NCBI RefSeq assembly: GCF_006345805.1
Contig: NC_042997.1
Location: forward strand, 113,584,001-113,648,000
Direction of reading: 5' to 3'
Origin: Octopus sinensis
Taxonomy: Eukaryota
DNA length: 64,000 nt
A model generated the notes under the pieces. That model ran no database searches. It worked only from the letters and a program-made list of their open reading frames with translations, and had not been told where the DNA came from. Numbering within the stretch: the first letter of the stretch is position 1; each line of letters begins with the position of its first letter. Position numbers and translations under genes: made by a program. This document shows, piece by piece, positions 62,170 to 64,000 of this stretch.

Positions 62170-62730
62170 CTTTATATTTAAATATCTTGGAAAATGAAAT
62201 TAGTGTTAAATTATCCAAGGCTTCAAGTTCTTTTGGAAAACTTTCTCTTCATTTGTGGGATGAGCACAGTGTCAGTTTGAAAACTAAAATAAGTTCATAC
62301 AAATTTTGAATTTTGCGCACACTTTTGTAAGAAGCAATGGACTCCCTCCTACAGACGTATAAAGAAACTTGAAACCTTTCATATGTTGTCTGTGCAATAT
62401 CAATAAAACAAAATGGCAAGATAAGATATCAGATGTCAAAATGTTTTAAAATGTGATATCTTCAGTTTTAAAACCACTCTTTTGAGAGTTCAGTGCAGAT
62501 GGTCTGGAGATGTTTGAATGCAAGATGATTGCATTTAAAAAATTCTTTTATATGGCCAAGTAGAGGGATTCCATGGTAAAGGAAGACCCTCTGCTTAGGT
62601 TTAAGGATAAATCGAAGCAATCACTAAAGCCCCTGCAGCTTAATTTAACATCTTGGGGAAAGTTATTGCCTCGCTCGATCTGAGTGGCATAAAACGTGTC
62701 ATGATACATCTAAACAATTCTGAGCTGAAG
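62170..62730 (+). pseudogene. Degenerate RTE (BovB-like) C-terminal fragment
   Basis: LENEISVKLSKASSSFGKLSLHLWDEHSVSLKTK...QCRWSG..LYGQ..GKGRP..RFKD; many stops and frameshifts. Confidence 0.7.
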
Positions 62731-63024
62731 AAACAGAACATTAAAAGAATTCTATCCTGCAATCTACAGACACATCTGTCCAATCCCAGGCAAAATCACT
62801 TTAATAGCAAAATCCAAACCTGGACTCCAATTACATTCAAGCATCCATCGCAAATAGATGCAGCTCCTTTTGTGTTCAACCCTTTTGTCTTTTCTTTAAA
62901 TCCTTTCCTTCTAACACTCAGGTGTCCAAATCAACAGGAGTAACCATCATATTTCAGGTAACATACCCATTCTCAAACGAAAACAGTGAAATATCCATTA
63001 AAGTAACATCAGTCCTTGGTGGTG

Positions 63025-63068
<44 letters not shown>

Positions 63069-63233
63069 TTAATTGAATTTGAATTCAATATGAATTGAAC
63101 TTAAATTTCTTTTTTTGTGTATTACAACAACCTAAGATAATATAAAATGGAGAACATTTTTTTTTCTTTTAGTCTGTTTCCTCTACTTTATCTTCGTTAC
63201 ATCCTAGCAGTCAGTAAGTTTCACAGTATATAG

Positions 63234-63234
<1 letters not shown>

Positions 63235-63266
<32 letters not shown>

Positions 63267-63560
63267 GTTATTAGTAGTGTTATTATTATTGTTGTTGTTG
63301 TTATTGTTGTTGTTATTATTATTGTTATTGTTGTTATTATTGTTGTTATTATTGTTATTGTTGTTGTTATTGTTGTTGTTATTATTATTGTTATTATTAT
63401 TATTGTTGTTATTATTATTATTATTGTTATTATTATTATTATTATTGTTATTATTATTGTTATTGTTATTATTACTGTTATTATTATTACTGTTATTATC
63501 ATTACTGTTATTATCATTACTATTATTATTATTACTATTACTATTATTATTATTATTATC
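63235..63560. repeat. (ATT)n/(GTT)n trinucleotide tract
   Basis: Direct reading; source of the poly-Leu ORF 63265..63795. Confidence 0.95.
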
Positions 63561-64000
63561 CTCTTATCTTCTGTCTGAACTGAAACTCATAAACTTCTGG
63601 ACTAAAATAATGAACTTATTTCACAACTACCAACTTCATCACTCAGGAATCCTGGCCACTGCTGACGTAGACCCCCCACTAAACACACACACACTCACAC
63701 ACACCTCCACTGCTGCTGAATATTGGAACATTACTAGAATGGAATCCAGGGTTCACCTACATAGAACAACATTCCTCTTCTTGTCTGTAACTTAATGAAA
63801 TCATGGCTGTAACAATGACAACGAAGGTGATATTGGGATAAAAGTTTGGTTTATATAACATCCTACATTCATCCACCCTGTTTCTTGGGGAACGAATGGA
63901 GGTAAAGCATGCCATCCATGACCTTCATGCTTATAGGGATGTGTAGGATTCCCTTATAAAATGTGATCTTTCCTTTATTTATGAGGTGCAGGTGTGGCTG

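Overview
AT-rich, repeat-saturated animal DNA. The SINE, RTE-LINE and MITE families and the microsatellite load match what I recall of octopus genomes; this is an inference, and no species-level call is possible. I found no convincing host protein-coding gene, rRNA, true tRNA or CRISPR array, so the window looks intronic or intergenic. Nearly all ORFs in the track are microsatellite read-throughs or antisense shadows of transposons. Supported content includes a young 5'-truncated RTE-clade LINE (RT with an embedded C4HC3 PHD-like finger) in an inverted, internally duplicated configuration (47.5-51.3 kb), older RTE-type fragments, a full-length dead mariner and an internally deleted Tc1/mariner. 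There are also Helitron-like elements (one a head-to-tail dimer), TTAA-flanked piggyBac-like MITEs, hAT-like MITEs, many tRNA-head SINEs and several long palindromes. The best hidden signal is a set of minimal type I hammerhead ribozyme motifs from several distinct repeat families (Penelope-like/retrozyme style, mostly with short palindromic stem III), all on the minus strand. There is also evidence that one SINE family integrates from multimeric templates.
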